Origin: an uncultured Fibrobacter sp.
GTDB lineage: Bacteria; Fibrobacterota; Fibrobacteria; Fibrobacterales; Fibrobacteraceae
NCBI GenBank assembly: GCA_946414075.1
Contig: CAMKNA010000008.1
Coordinates: 7,687 to 71,686 of the forward strand
DNA: 64,000 nt
Direction of reading: 5' to 3'
The notes under the pieces were generated by a model that saw only the letters and a program-made list of their open reading frames with translations, had not been told where the DNA came from and made no database searches. Position numbers and translations under genes: made by a program. This document shows positions 18,475 through 27,928 of the stretch, piece by piece. Positions within the stretch are counted from its first letter, which is position 1; each line of letters starts with the position of its first letter.

Positions 18475-20229
18475 TTAGTCCTTTACGCAGCGGACGAGGT
18501 ATGTGTTATCAGTGCCCCAAAAATCGCCTGTATATGATGTTGATGTGATGGGGTATGATGCGTCTGTCCCCTGGTAAATGTAAGGATAAGCATCTTTTTG
18601 GTAATACGATGCCACACGCGACATCGTAGAACTATATGTTGTGGAAGTCCAGTAGGTGATTAAATTAATCGAAGATGGAGCCTTCAGGTTCATTCCCGAC
18701 AGATTCTTTCCGTTATAAACCCCCTCTGCGTTCAGAGCAAGCTTGTTGGCAATTTTATATTTAGGATCAGTATCTATTTCGAAATTCTGCCTTACCGTGT
18801 AAAATAGGTTTCCCCATTCCGTTACTGTTGGTAGACGCCATCCCGTACCCGCAGCCTCGCATACCGCCTTGGCTTGAGCCCAAGTGTATATTCTTCCATA
18901 AGTGGGACATCCCGTTGCATCGCTTGAAGAATAGCACGATTCGCTGTTTGGAGCATACCGCATATTCTCGGTCATCCAGGTCAGGTTTCCAATTTTAATC
19001 GCTTTGTAGGTAACGCCGCCAAGTGTGAAACCTGTTGCAGGTGTTGCGAGGTTTTCAACATAGGCCTTCCAGGGGCTGTTGGCGTAAGTGTTCCCATCGC
19101 AGTTGCCGAAGTCACCTACCTGGGCAATGGAGAATTCGTTGGTGTAGGTGCCCGCCGTATCGCCGCCGACGGCCTCTACAAAGATCAGGTTTGCCGCCTT
19201 GATCACTTTTTCGGCATCGACTTCCTTTACCACGGGTTCAAAGTCTTCCCAGGGTACATTGATAATTTTTACCTTGTTCTTTGTAGCAGGGACGCTGGCC
19301 TTTATGAACCCAGTCTCACCCTTTACCAACAAAGCCATGTCCTTTTCGGAACTGTAGGTAAGGCACAGGCCCATGCTAGGTCCGAGATTCTTGTTGGCAG
19401 TGGGAATGCCGAACGCCATGCCAACGGAAGGTCTGTAATAGCTGGCGGAGACAGCTTCTGCCTTTGTCAGCTTGACGGTGGCGGTTCCCTTGACTTGGAA
19501 ATCGTCCCTGTACAAGTCGTCCGTTGTTAATGCACCGCCGATCCAACTGTTGTCGCCATCGTAGCGCTCCAGGGTGCCGGTGGCTTCGGAGCCAGTTGGC
19601 TTGTTAAAGATTACAAGGGTGTTTCCACCGCTAAAGTATGTTAAGCTGACATTGGGCCAAGGCTTCCACACATTATTTGTGTTGCCGCCTGTGAGGGGCA
19701 AGCCGCTTACATAGACGGAGTCGCCGCAGTCGTAGACCATCACGTCGAAGCCGGAGTTCTTGAGCTTGCAGCGGTCGGTGTCCCATACGGCGTCCTTGCC
19801 GTTGGTGCTGGAGCCGGGCTCGCCCTTTTCGCCGGTCTTGCCCTTATGGCCGTCTTCGCCCTTGGAGCCGGTTGCGCCCTGCTTGCCGTAATTGAGCGTG
19901 GCAACGGAGTCGCCGTTGCAGATGATCTTGACGCCGGTGCCGTCTTCCAGCTCTTCGGAGGAGCAGCCGGGCTTGGCGGAACTGCCTGCGCTTGCATTGG
20001 AAATGTTCACCCATTCCTTGGCGGAGCAGATGTAGAGGTCGTTAGTAGAACTGACCAGGGCGAAGTAGCCCTCGCTAGATTCTTCGCATTCTGGGAACTC
20101 TTCCTGGCTTGCATAAGCCTGGGTGGTGACCGGGTCGTTGTCGGTAACATTGTCGCCGCAGGCCATCAGCAGGGCGAGAGACGAGAGGCTAGAGATGAGA
20201 GATAGAGTCTTCATGTTAAACCTTTTCAT
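18475..20229 (-). CDS. FISUMP (Fib_succ_major) domain lipoprotein with short collagen-like segment, copy 3
   Basis: Lipobox LMAC; Gly-X-Y run; YKAIKIGNLTWMTENM, YGRIYTW, GWRLPT..EW, VRCVKD. Confidence 0.88.
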   Translation of the reverse strand: MKRFNMKTLSLISSLSSLALLMACGDNVTDNDPVTTQAYASQEEFPECEESSEGYFALVSSTNDLYICSAKEWVNISNASAGSSAKPGCSSEELEDGTGVKIICNGDSVATLNYGKQGATGSKGEDGHKGKTGEKGEPGSSTNGKDAVWDTDRCKLKNSGFDVMVYDCGDSVYVSGLPLTGGNTNNVWKPWPNVSLTYFSGGNTLVIFNKPTGSEATGTLERYDGDNSWIGGALTTDDLYRDDFQVKGTATVKLTKAEAVSASYYRPSVGMAFGIPTANKNLGPSMGLCLTYSSEKDMALLVKGETGFIKASVPATKNKVKIINVPWEDFEPVVKEVDAEKVIKAANLIFVEAVGGDTAGTYTNEFSIAQVGDFGNCDGNTYANSPWKAYVENLATPATGFTLGGVTYKAIKIGNLTWMTENMRYAPNSESCYSSSDATGCPTYGRIYTWAQAKAVCEAAGTGWRLPTVTEWGNLFYTVRQNFEIDTDPKYKIANKLALNAEGVYNGKNLSGMNLKAPSSINLITYWTSTTYSSTMSRVASYYQKDAYPYIYQGTDASYPITSTSYTGDFWGTDNTYLVRCVKD

Positions 20230-20232
20230 GTG

Positions 20233-22104
20233 TTAGTCCTCCCCGTTGTCCTTGACGCAGCGGACGACGCGGTAGCGAGTTTTAGTCCCAAAGGTAAAAC
20301 TATTGGCGCCTGCATAAACATAGTAGACTCTGGCATTCTCTGCGTCATATTCTGCAGGAATCCATGAGTAGAAGCGGGTGCCTAGGCCCGTTGATGTTGT
20401 CCCATCAAAATACCCGCTACCCCTAAAGGAAGTGCCTAGTAGGTTTAGACCGCCGTTGTTCCCTGTGAATCCCGTAGAGTCCAAAATGGCGAGACGCGCA
20501 AGTTTCGGGAACCGATCGTAGTCAACAAGGATGTTCAGAAGAGTATCGAAATCGTCCTCGGTAGGCAAGCGCCAGCCCTCGGGACAGATTCCCTGGACCT
20601 TTTCGGGCAATGATAACGGAGGATCGCAGTAATTGGTGTTTGAACACTTTATTTTTGGGTCGGCTTTTGCTAGGGAATCATAATCGATAGCCGCCAGCCA
20701 GCTATAGAGCTTGCCACCATACAAATCCTTGTCTGCTTGGTTGGGGTATTCGGCAACTAGGCCGCTCACATAACCCGCTGATTCATCGTCGGGGTCTACC
20801 AGAACCTTGTAGTCATAGTCCAGGTTCTCGGTAAACCAGGTCCGGTCGCCAATAGTGACGGTATTGTAGGTCTTCTTGTCGCGGGGGTCCTTGACTGTTC
20901 CCTTTTTGGGGTTAATCTCCTTTAGCTTCGCCTTGACCTGGCTGATGGTAGTGCCGTCACACTTGCCGTAGGCGCCAAATTCGTAGATGGCATATTTGTT
21001 CTCGTATTTGCCTTCGTCTAAGCTTCCCACGATCTTGATATATGCTACTGCCAGGTTATGGATGATTTCGTCTAATTCAACATTCTCGTCATCGGGCTGG
21101 AATGCGCTAAAAAGCACATCCACCGTAGTCTCCTTGGAAGAGGCCTTGAGTGCTGCTCGAGCTATTTTTTGCGGTGTTGAAGCATCGCGAATAATCAGTT
21201 CCATGTCCTTTTGGGCTTCGTATGTCAGGCAGAAACCGCCCCAAGTATTGGCATCCTGAATAGGTGACATTAGGAACATTGCATAAATCATGGGCTCTAG
21301 TGGTTGCGTGCTACTGTAGGTGGTGGCGCCTTTTTTGACCTCGAGTGTCGCCTTGCCCGCAATGGCGAAATTTTTAAAGAGCTCCTGGGCTGATATCGCG
21401 TCGCCATTTGTCCAGGATTTGTCTCCCTCCCAACGTTCAATTTTGCCTTCAGATTGTCCTGATACTGTTAAATGCTTGGTATAAATGGTGGCGATGTTGG
21501 AGTTTCCTACATTCTTGAGATACTGATCTCCGCTCAAGGCATTCCAGGTCTTGAGATTTGCCTTGTCTGCCGCTGTAAACGACTTGACATAGACGGAGTC
21601 GCCGCAGTCATAGATTACATAGTCGAATCCGGAATTCATGACGGCGCAGTCGTTTTCGCCAAGGGTCAGGTCCTTGCCGTTGGAGCCGCTTCCGCTTTTA
21701 CCCGGTTCGCCCTTGAGACCGACGGATCCATCGCCTGCATCGGAACCCTTGTCGCCCTTCTTGCCGTTCAAGACAACGCCTACGGAGTCGCCGCCGCAGA
21801 CCACCTTGAAACCAGAATTGTCAGAAAGCTCTTCGGTGGAGCAGATGAACTTGCCGTTGTCGACCAAGGAAGCCGCTTCGCTGCGGATGTTTTTCCAGGC
21901 ATTGTCGGTGCAGAAGTAGACTTCTTTCTTGGAGGGGACGGTGGCGAACAGGCCGCTAGATGCGTCGTCGCATTCGGGGAGATCCGCCTTGGAATCGTAA
22001 GATTCCGCCTTGATCACGCTGTCGTTGGTGACATCGTCACCGCAGGCGGCGAAGAGAACCAGGGAGGCTGCTAAGCAAATTTTTTTCATATCAGACTTTT
22101 TCAT
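20233..22104 (-). CDS. FISUMP domain lipoprotein with collagen-like segment, copy 2
   Basis: Lipobox FAAC; DPRDKKTYNTVTIG..WFTENL, GICPEGWRLP, VRCVKD. Confidence 0.9.
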   Translation of the reverse strand: MKKSDMKKICLAASLVLFAACGDDVTNDSVIKAESYDSKADLPECDDASSGLFATVPSKKEVYFCTDNAWKNIRSEAASLVDNGKFICSTEELSDNSGFKVVCGGDSVGVVLNGKKGDKGSDAGDGSVGLKGEPGKSGSGSNGKDLTLGENDCAVMNSGFDYVIYDCGDSVYVKSFTAADKANLKTWNALSGDQYLKNVGNSNIATIYTKHLTVSGQSEGKIERWEGDKSWTNGDAISAQELFKNFAIAGKATLEVKKGATTYSSTQPLEPMIYAMFLMSPIQDANTWGGFCLTYEAQKDMELIIRDASTPQKIARAALKASSKETTVDVLFSAFQPDDENVELDEIIHNLAVAYIKIVGSLDEGKYENKYAIYEFGAYGKCDGTTISQVKAKLKEINPKKGTVKDPRDKKTYNTVTIGDRTWFTENLDYDYKVLVDPDDESAGYVSGLVAEYPNQADKDLYGGKLYSWLAAIDYDSLAKADPKIKCSNTNYCDPPLSLPEKVQGICPEGWRLPTEDDFDTLLNILVDYDRFPKLARLAILDSTGFTGNNGGLNLLGTSFRGSGYFDGTTSTGLGTRFYSWIPAEYDAENARVYYVYAGANSFTFGTKTRYRVVRCVKDNGED

Positions 22105-22116
22105 GTGTTGTTCCTC

Positions 22117-24006
22117 CTACTTCTCGTCCTGGATGCAGCGGACGGAGACGCCCAGATACTTTTCAACATTGTCGTCGGGGTAGATGGTCCAAGCGAGTTC
22201 TTCGTTGGTTGTTGGGTACACGGCCATGACCATGGCGAGCATCCCGCTGGTTTCAGAGGAGGACCATGCGTAGAAATAGGGCTCTTTTTCAATGGTATTG
22301 AAATCGCCGTCTTTGGTGATACCAGTTTGTGTGGCGTTGAACCCTAGCCAGTTACCGTCTTCGGCCTTGCCGGACAGTGCCTTGCCAGCGATATTTCGGG
22401 TATAGGCGTAGTCTTTGTTGTATCCCGCATTCTTGTACAGGGTGTCGATTTCTGCCGGCCTGGGCAGGTGCCAGCCCTCGGGGCAGATTCCCCTGACCGG
22501 CTTGGTTGCACCGCACGCCACATACGGGTTTGTATACCCACATCCGTTGGCGACTTCCGTGTCCTTCAGGTACTTGCCGGCGCTGTCCATGGCTGCAGCC
22601 CAGGTGTACAGGCAGCCCTTAGCGGCAAGTTCAGCCTTGTCATCGGGACAGTTGCTCAGGTACACATCGTTGTCGTCACCGTCCTTGACCACATAGGGGC
22701 TGCGCAGGTTTTCCGCCATCCAGACCTGCTTACCGATGGTGATGGTCCTGTACTTGTAGGTAATCTTGTCTTTCACATCGCTGACGGTACCCGTCTTGCC
22801 CTTGTTCTTGAGAACGGCATCGCTGACCTTGGCGTAGGTGGGGCCGCCACAGCGGCCGTAGGCACCGAATTCGAAGATGGAGAAGGTGTTGGTGTAGAGG
22901 CCTTTTTTAGAACCGTTTACCGCCATGATGATAATGTTGTAGGCGTTTTTCACAACTTCATCGAGCTTTACGCCTTCCTGGTCGGGGGTGAAGTCGCTGA
23001 TAAGGATGTCTGCCGTGGTCTCCGTTTTGGAGGTGGCCTTTAGGGTGGCGCGGGCGGAAATCGAGTAGGTGTCATTCACGATGACGACATCCATGGGCGT
23101 TTCGGACTCGTATGTGAGACAGAAGCCGCCCCATCCGCGCAAATCCATCGTGTAGTCGAGCACGGCCCTGACTCCCACGAAGGGTTCTACAGGGAGAAAC
23201 GATGATTTTAGGTTGTCCTCTTGTGCCCTGAGGGTGGCTGTACCATGGATGGAGAAGTTCCTTTCGAGATCGTCATCTGTTATGTTCGAGAAACCATCCC
23301 AGTTATCGCCTTGCCAGCGTACCAGCTTGCCAACGCTTTTGGCCGCGTCGCCAGAAGGTACATAGGTGGTGAATAAATAGCCTATATAGTTGTAGTCGCG
23401 GTCGTGGAAGTCGCCGTGACTGAGTGCTTCAAGGGCATTCCAGGTCCTGATGTTCGCCTGGAAGCCGTCCATGTCCTCGGCGTAGGTGAAGTCGCCGCAC
23501 CGGTAGAACACGAAGGCCTTGGTGCCGGCATCGACAATCCTACAGTCGGTGGAATCCAGCTTCAGGTCTTTGCCGTCAGTGTATCCGGTGGCGTCGGACC
23601 CGCTAGGGCCTTTTTCGCCGGGTCCGCCGGGCTTGCCGGGGTTGCCGGTTTCACCCTTTTCGCCGTTTATCAGGGTGGCGATGGTTTTGCCCATGCATAC
23701 GACGGCGACGCCTGCATCGTCATCCAGCTCTTTAGTAGTGCAGCCGGAATTGTTCTCGTTGGCCTGGATGTTCTTGACGACGTTCACCCATTCGTAGGTA
23801 GCGCCCACCTTGGTGCAGGCGAAAATGGCGTTTTTGGAAGTGTCGTTGGCGAGCATGCCGGTGTAGGAAGCGTCGCACTTTGGCAGGGAATCCGAGGCGA
23901 AACTGTCCGCCTTGAGGATGTCGGTATTGGTGGTCTCGTCACCACAGGCGGTCATCAGGGCCGTAAATCCTGCGGCGAGGCTTAACGCCAGGAGCCGTTT
24001 CTTCAT
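22117..24006 (-). CDS. FISUMP domain lipoprotein with collagen-like segment, copy 1
   Basis: Lipobox MTAC; YRTITIGKQVWMAENL, GICPEGWHLP, SVRCIQD; SD AAGGAG. Confidence 0.9.
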   Translation of the reverse strand: MKKRLLALSLAAGFTALMTACGDETTNTDILKADSFASDSLPKCDASYTGMLANDTSKNAIFACTKVGATYEWVNVVKNIQANENNSGCTTKELDDDAGVAVVCMGKTIATLINGEKGETGNPGKPGGPGEKGPSGSDATGYTDGKDLKLDSTDCRIVDAGTKAFVFYRCGDFTYAEDMDGFQANIRTWNALEALSHGDFHDRDYNYIGYLFTTYVPSGDAAKSVGKLVRWQGDNWDGFSNITDDDLERNFSIHGTATLRAQEDNLKSSFLPVEPFVGVRAVLDYTMDLRGWGGFCLTYESETPMDVVIVNDTYSISARATLKATSKTETTADILISDFTPDQEGVKLDEVVKNAYNIIIMAVNGSKKGLYTNTFSIFEFGAYGRCGGPTYAKVSDAVLKNKGKTGTVSDVKDKITYKYRTITIGKQVWMAENLRSPYVVKDGDDNDVYLSNCPDDKAELAAKGCLYTWAAAMDSAGKYLKDTEVANGCGYTNPYVACGATKPVRGICPEGWHLPRPAEIDTLYKNAGYNKDYAYTRNIAGKALSGKAEDGNWLGFNATQTGITKDGDFNTIEKEPYFYAWSSSETSGMLAMVMAVYPTTNEELAWTIYPDDNVEKYLGVSVRCIQDEK

Positions 24007-24192
24007 GTTGTTCTCCTTGTTTTGGACCGGTGGTCGTCTCCCCTCGGGGGCCCCAGTCTTGTTTTTGCGGGAAATGTAGTAATAGGGGGCCGGGGAGTGG
24101 TGGCCATGGTTACGGAAAATGCGGGAAAAGTGATGGAGTGCACAGAAACGAAAGTCTGGGCCCCGGACTGGCCAAAGAGCCGCAGGATGGTG

Positions 24193-24210
24193 TGTAAACT
24201 AAAGTTTACA
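24193..24210. promoter_or_regulatory. Perfect 18-bp palindrome TGTAAACT-AA-AGTTTACA, candidate operator
   Basis: Intergenic, upstream of the FISUMP array; same TGTAAA-N6-TTTACA geometry as 63676-63693. Confidence 0.6.
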
Positions 24211-24219
24211 AAATGTCTG

Positions 24220-25089
24220 CTACTTTCGGGCGGCGTGCATTTTCTGCTTGCAGTCGTACATGGAAGCGTCGGCGCTGTGGAGCATCTCGTCCATGTCCTT
24301 GTACACCTCGCCGGAGTAGGCGATGCCGTAGGCGAAGGAGACCTTCTGGTCTACAATGGTAATGTCGCCTACCGCCTGCTGCATGCGTTCTGCACAAATC
24401 AGGGCGCCCGGCCTGTCGGTGTCGGGGCAGAGCACCATGAACTCGTCGCCGCCCATGCGGAACAGCACATCGGATTCTCGGAGCAAGTCCTTGCAGGCCT
24501 TGACCACGGAGCGGAGCAGCAGGTCGCCAGCCTGGTGGCCGAACTTGTCGTTTACCGTCTTGAGCCCGTTCAGGTCAAAGTAGATTAGGGAGAAATGGGT
24601 GCCGTAGCGCTTGCTGCGGGAGAACCATTCCCGCAGGGTGTTGATGGCGTGCCTGCGGTTGTAGCTCTGGGTCAGGTCGTCGGTGAGGGAGATGTCGCGC
24701 AGGTACTTGAGGGTGCGGCAAAGCCTAATATGCACATTAATGCGGGCCAGCAGAATTTCGGTGGGAGAAAGCTTGCTTACAAAGTCCGAGGCCCCAGCAT
24801 GGAAACCCTTGGTGATGCTTTCGGGGTCTTCCCTGCTGGTAAGGAATATGATGGGCAGGTCGTCTAGGGCGTGGCCTTCGCGAATGCGCAGGCAGACTTC
24901 GTAGCCGTTCAGGCTGGGCATGTTGATGTCCAGGAGCACCAGGTCGAACTTGCCCTTTTCCAGCAGCGCCAGGGCCTCTTCGCCGGAGGTGGCGGAAACG
25001 ACGCTGTAGCCCACCTGGGTCAGGAGCTCCCGGTTCTTTTCCAGGATCTCGGTGCTGTCGTCAACGATGAGGATCTTTTCTTCTATCAT
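24220..25089 (-). CDS. Response regulator diguanylate cyclase (REC-GGDEF)
   Basis: ILIVDD..LLDINMP receiver; D.LT..YNRR, DLNGLKTVNDKFGH..GD, RMGGDEF. Confidence 0.95.
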   Translation of the reverse strand: MIEEKILIVDDSTEILEKNRELLTQVGYSVVSATSGEEALALLEKGKFDLVLLDINMPSLNGYEVCLRIREGHALDDLPIIFLTSREDPESITKGFHAGASDFVSKLSPTEILLARINVHIRLCRTLKYLRDISLTDDLTQSYNRRHAINTLREWFSRSKRYGTHFSLIYFDLNGLKTVNDKFGHQAGDLLLRSVVKACKDLLRESDVLFRMGGDEFMVLCPDTDRPGALICAERMQQAVGDITIVDQKVSFAYGIAYSGEVYKDMDEMLHSADASMYDCKQKMHAARK

Positions 25090-25098
25090 GCACTCCCC

Positions 25099-25917
25099 CT
25101 ATAGAAATTCCAGCGGTGGCGCCTTTTCGACCAGGCCCAGCTTCTCGGCGTACCCGAAAAAGGTCTCCAGGGACTTTTTTCGCTCGTCCGTAAAACGATA
25201 ATCTATAATTTTATAGTAGTCCAGTACCGTCTTTTTGTCCAGATTTGCAGGAAATCTGGAAATCCAGCGTTCCAGGGCGGTGGCGGGGTCGGCGCGGAAG
25301 GCGTTCAGGCTCTTTTCCGTTTCTTCCAGGTAGCTTTCCAGGACGGGGCGCAGCTCTGGTTTTAACGCCGACTTTTCGATAATCCAGGCCCCGAACACAA
25401 AGGGCATGCCCTGCCAGTCCTGCCAAAGGGTGCCCAGGTCGTAGCTGTAGGGGAACCGGTGCCGTTCCGTCTCTTCTAGCGCCAGGTCCCCAATTAAAAG
25501 GCAAGCGTCGTCGGAGGGGTCGGCGGCAAGCCCTTGGGCAAACTGCGTTTTGACCTGGTAGCGTTCCTGGAGAAGGATTTTCAGCAGGGCCACGGATGTC
25601 TGGCTCTGGGAGGTGAGCCGCACCGTCTTGCCGTCGAGACCTTCGATGGGGAACCTGGAAAAGAGCTTTACGGAGCGGACCTCGAAGGAGCACGATGTGC
25701 AGAATTTCGGGGAGAGGACGAAAGCCCCGGGTTTTTGGGCAAAAGTAATGGAGGATGCCGGCGACAGGTGGATAGAGCCTTCCCTAAGGCCCCTGCTGTG
25801 CTCGCTGGGCGGACCGTCTACGAAGCGTATGCGGGGGAACTCGTGCTTGCGACCTAAAAAGCCGTGAAAGAATGGCGCACAGACCAGAAAAGGAATTCGA
25901 CCCACCAATAAATCCAT
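25099..25917 (-). CDS. mqnA: Chorismate dehydratase (futalosine menaquinone pathway)
   Basis: VGRIPFL, VRSVKLFS, SQTSVALLKIL, LLIGDLAL, DLGTLW..GMPFVFGAW. Confidence 0.85.
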   Translation of the reverse strand: MDLLVGRIPFLVCAPFFHGFLGRKHEFPRIRFVDGPPSEHSRGLREGSIHLSPASSITFAQKPGAFVLSPKFCTSCSFEVRSVKLFSRFPIEGLDGKTVRLTSQSQTSVALLKILLQERYQVKTQFAQGLAADPSDDACLLIGDLALEETERHRFPYSYDLGTLWQDWQGMPFVFGAWIIEKSALKPELRPVLESYLEETEKSLNAFRADPATALERWISRFPANLDKKTVLDYYKIIDYRFTDERKKSLETFFGYAEKLGLVEKAPPLEFL

Positions 25918-25999
25918 GAAAAAAAATTAACTTTTGCCCGTGGCATTTTGTAGACCACAAAACAATAAACCGAAAATAAAAGATAATGGCTAAGGAATA

Positions 26000-26290
26000 A
26001 TGGCTGTATTTCACGTGAAAAAGACGTCCCTGGGTGAAGACAAGACCAGTCTCGTGTTCAAGGGCAAGATTATCGAAGGGCCCATCAGCAAGGGCATGAC
26101 CATGGAAATCCCGATAACCGGCGAGACTGTGATCAGGATGAAGGTTTACGATGTCGTCCAGTTCGAGAAGCAGAAGGACGAAGACAAGAAGGTGGGCCTG
26201 GTGGTGGACTTTTACAACCTGCCCGACGACCTGGAAGTGGTCCAGGACCTGAACATTGCCGACGAAGACCTGAACGTCGTGAACGACTAA
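26000..26290 (+). CDS. Small hypothetical protein (beta-rich)
   Basis: SD AAGGA and host-like codon usage; no confident family. Confidence 0.75.
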   Translation: MAVFHVKKTSLGEDKTSLVFKGKIIEGPISKGMTMEIPITGETVIRMKVYDVVQFEKQKDEDKKVGLVVDFYNLPDDLEVVQDLNIADEDLNVVND

Positions 26291-26332
26291 TTTATGCCGT
26301 CAATTCCGGCGGCTTAACCAACAGAGCAAAAG

Positions 26333-27409
26333 ATGAAAAAAGAAAGGCTACGGGGAGTGAATTTGGGTGGCTGGTTCAGTCAAGTCGACTGTATCGAAGA
26401 AAAGGATCCCGTAGGTTTTCCGGGGCTGGTGCCCCATATCAAGACATTTCTCGGGGTAGAAGATTTCAAGCGCATCCGAGGGGCGGGGTTCAACCATGTG
26501 CGCCTTCCGGTGGACTACTTCAACCTGTTCGAGACCGACGACGCCAGCAAGCCTAACGAAGAAGTGTTCGGGCTGCTGGACAAGGCGCTGGCCGAAATTC
26601 AGGCAGCGGACCTGGATGTTATCCTGGACTTGCACAAGTGTCCGGGACACGACTTCCACCTGGGGTGCTCTACGGAACAGGCTTTCTTTGCCGACCCTGT
26701 GGCCCGTAAGAAGACCTGCGACATCTGGGCCTACATGGCCGAACGCTACAGCGGTGAGTCCCGTGTGATGATGGAACTGTTGAACGAGCCTGCCGGTAGC
26801 GACTCTGGGGTTTGGGACAAAGTAAAAGACGAGATTTTCTGGGCTATCCGCAAGCACGCTCCCAAGAACACCATTGTGGTTGGCAGCAACAAGTGGAATA
26901 GTGCCAGTGAATTCAAATTCCTGACTCCCATGGACGACGACAACGCCATCTACAGTTTCCACACCTATACACCGGTGACATTCACTCATCAGGGCGCGGC
27001 TTGGATCAGCGATCCCTTCTTCAAGATTGAGCGGCCCTGGCCGGGTGACTACGCGGCTCCCCAGGGGGATGCCGAAACCCGCCTGAATGTGGAATACGGC
27101 CTGTGGGACAAGGCCCGCTTGCAGGCGAGCATCCAGAACGCCTTGGATTTCCGCGCCAAGTACGACTTGCCCGTGGCGTGCAACGAGTTTGGCGTGTATG
27201 TGCAGGTGCCCCGTCAGTACCAGCTGGCTTGGATGCGGGACTTCTTGGAGATCCTCCGGGAAGCGGATGTGGGCTACAGCTACTGGAACTACAAGAACCT
27301 GGATTTCGGTCTGGTGTCCAAGGGTGAGTCGCTGCATGACGGACTTGCGCAGTACAACAATCCTGAACGGCTCGATACAGAGCTGATGGACATGCTTGCC
27401 CGCGGGTAA
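26333..27409 (+). CDS. GH5 glycoside hydrolase, cellodextrinase-like, no signal peptide
   Basis: GVNLGGW, GFNHVRLP, LDLH, ELLNEP (acid/base), FHTY, NEFG (nucleophile), YWNY. Confidence 0.93.
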   Translation: MKKERLRGVNLGGWFSQVDCIEEKDPVGFPGLVPHIKTFLGVEDFKRIRGAGFNHVRLPVDYFNLFETDDASKPNEEVFGLLDKALAEIQAADLDVILDLHKCPGHDFHLGCSTEQAFFADPVARKKTCDIWAYMAERYSGESRVMMELLNEPAGSDSGVWDKVKDEIFWAIRKHAPKNTIVVGSNKWNSASEFKFLTPMDDDNAIYSFHTYTPVTFTHQGAAWISDPFFKIERPWPGDYAAPQGDAETRLNVEYGLWDKARLQASIQNALDFRAKYDLPVACNEFGVYVQVPRQYQLAWMRDFLEILREADVGYSYWNYKNLDFGLVSKGESLHDGLAQYNNPERLDTELMDMLARG

Positions 27410-27415
27410 GCGCAA

Positions 27416-27874
27416 CTAGATTTCTACAAGGATTCCGGCCTGGATGTAGGCATAGCCTTTGCCTACATGATCCAGGAACTGGTAGCCGCCCATGACCAGG
27501 ATAGAGGAATAATCTCCATTCTTGATATCAAGCCCGCCGCCAGTTCGCCAGAAAAACTGGTGGTCGCTTCCGATAAGGTAACCAAGGTCTCCCGTGGCCA
27601 CGGGCAAAATCTGGCTCCCGATGGGGAGACGCACCCAGAGGCTTGCGCTGACGGGAACCAGGCCCACATTGTCGATTTCCTGGTAGCCGCTGCCGATGCC
27701 GACGAACAGCATCTGGTCGATGGGGTACCACAGGTGGCCATAGATGTTCAGGTTGAACTTGGAAAGCTCGCTGACATGGTTGACGACGCCGGCCTGTACA
27801 TCCATGGTAAAGGCGTCCGCCGGTATGACGGTGAATGCTAGGGCAAACAGGATGGCGGTCAGGATGCGTTTCAT
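27416..27874 (-). CDS. Exported protein, probable small outer-membrane beta-barrel
   Basis: Signal peptide, alternating aromatic/Gly strands. Confidence 0.7.
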   Translation of the reverse strand: MKRILTAILFALAFTVIPADAFTMDVQAGVVNHVSELSKFNLNIYGHLWYPIDQMLFVGIGSGYQEIDNVGLVPVSASLWVRLPIGSQILPVATGDLGYLIGSDHQFFWRTGGGLDIKNGDYSSILVMGGYQFLDHVGKGYAYIQAGILVEI

Positions 27875-27928
27875 ATTGTTGTAGTTAAATGTAGTTTAAA
27901 ATAAGGATAGAGATTTTCACACTGCTTT

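Noticed and set aside
18475-24006. Diversity-generating retroelement targeting FISUMP C-termini
   Set aside because: No reverse transcriptase and no template/variable repeat pair differing only at adenines could be seen in the window.
24047-24166. Imperfect inverted repeat (GGGGCCCCAGTCTT / AAGTCTGGGCCCC) flanking the FISUMP promoter, suggesting an invertible switch
   Set aside because: It needs a gap and a mismatch in 14 bp, the core is itself palindromic, and there is no recombinase nearby. Mixed-orientation reads would be required.
24007-24219. c-di-GMP riboswitch or sigma54 promoter ahead of the FISUMP array
   Set aside because: No GEMM-like GCAAA/GAAA arrangement and no TGGCAC-N5-TTGC on the coding strand. 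ORF 24022-24588 plus is also unsupported.
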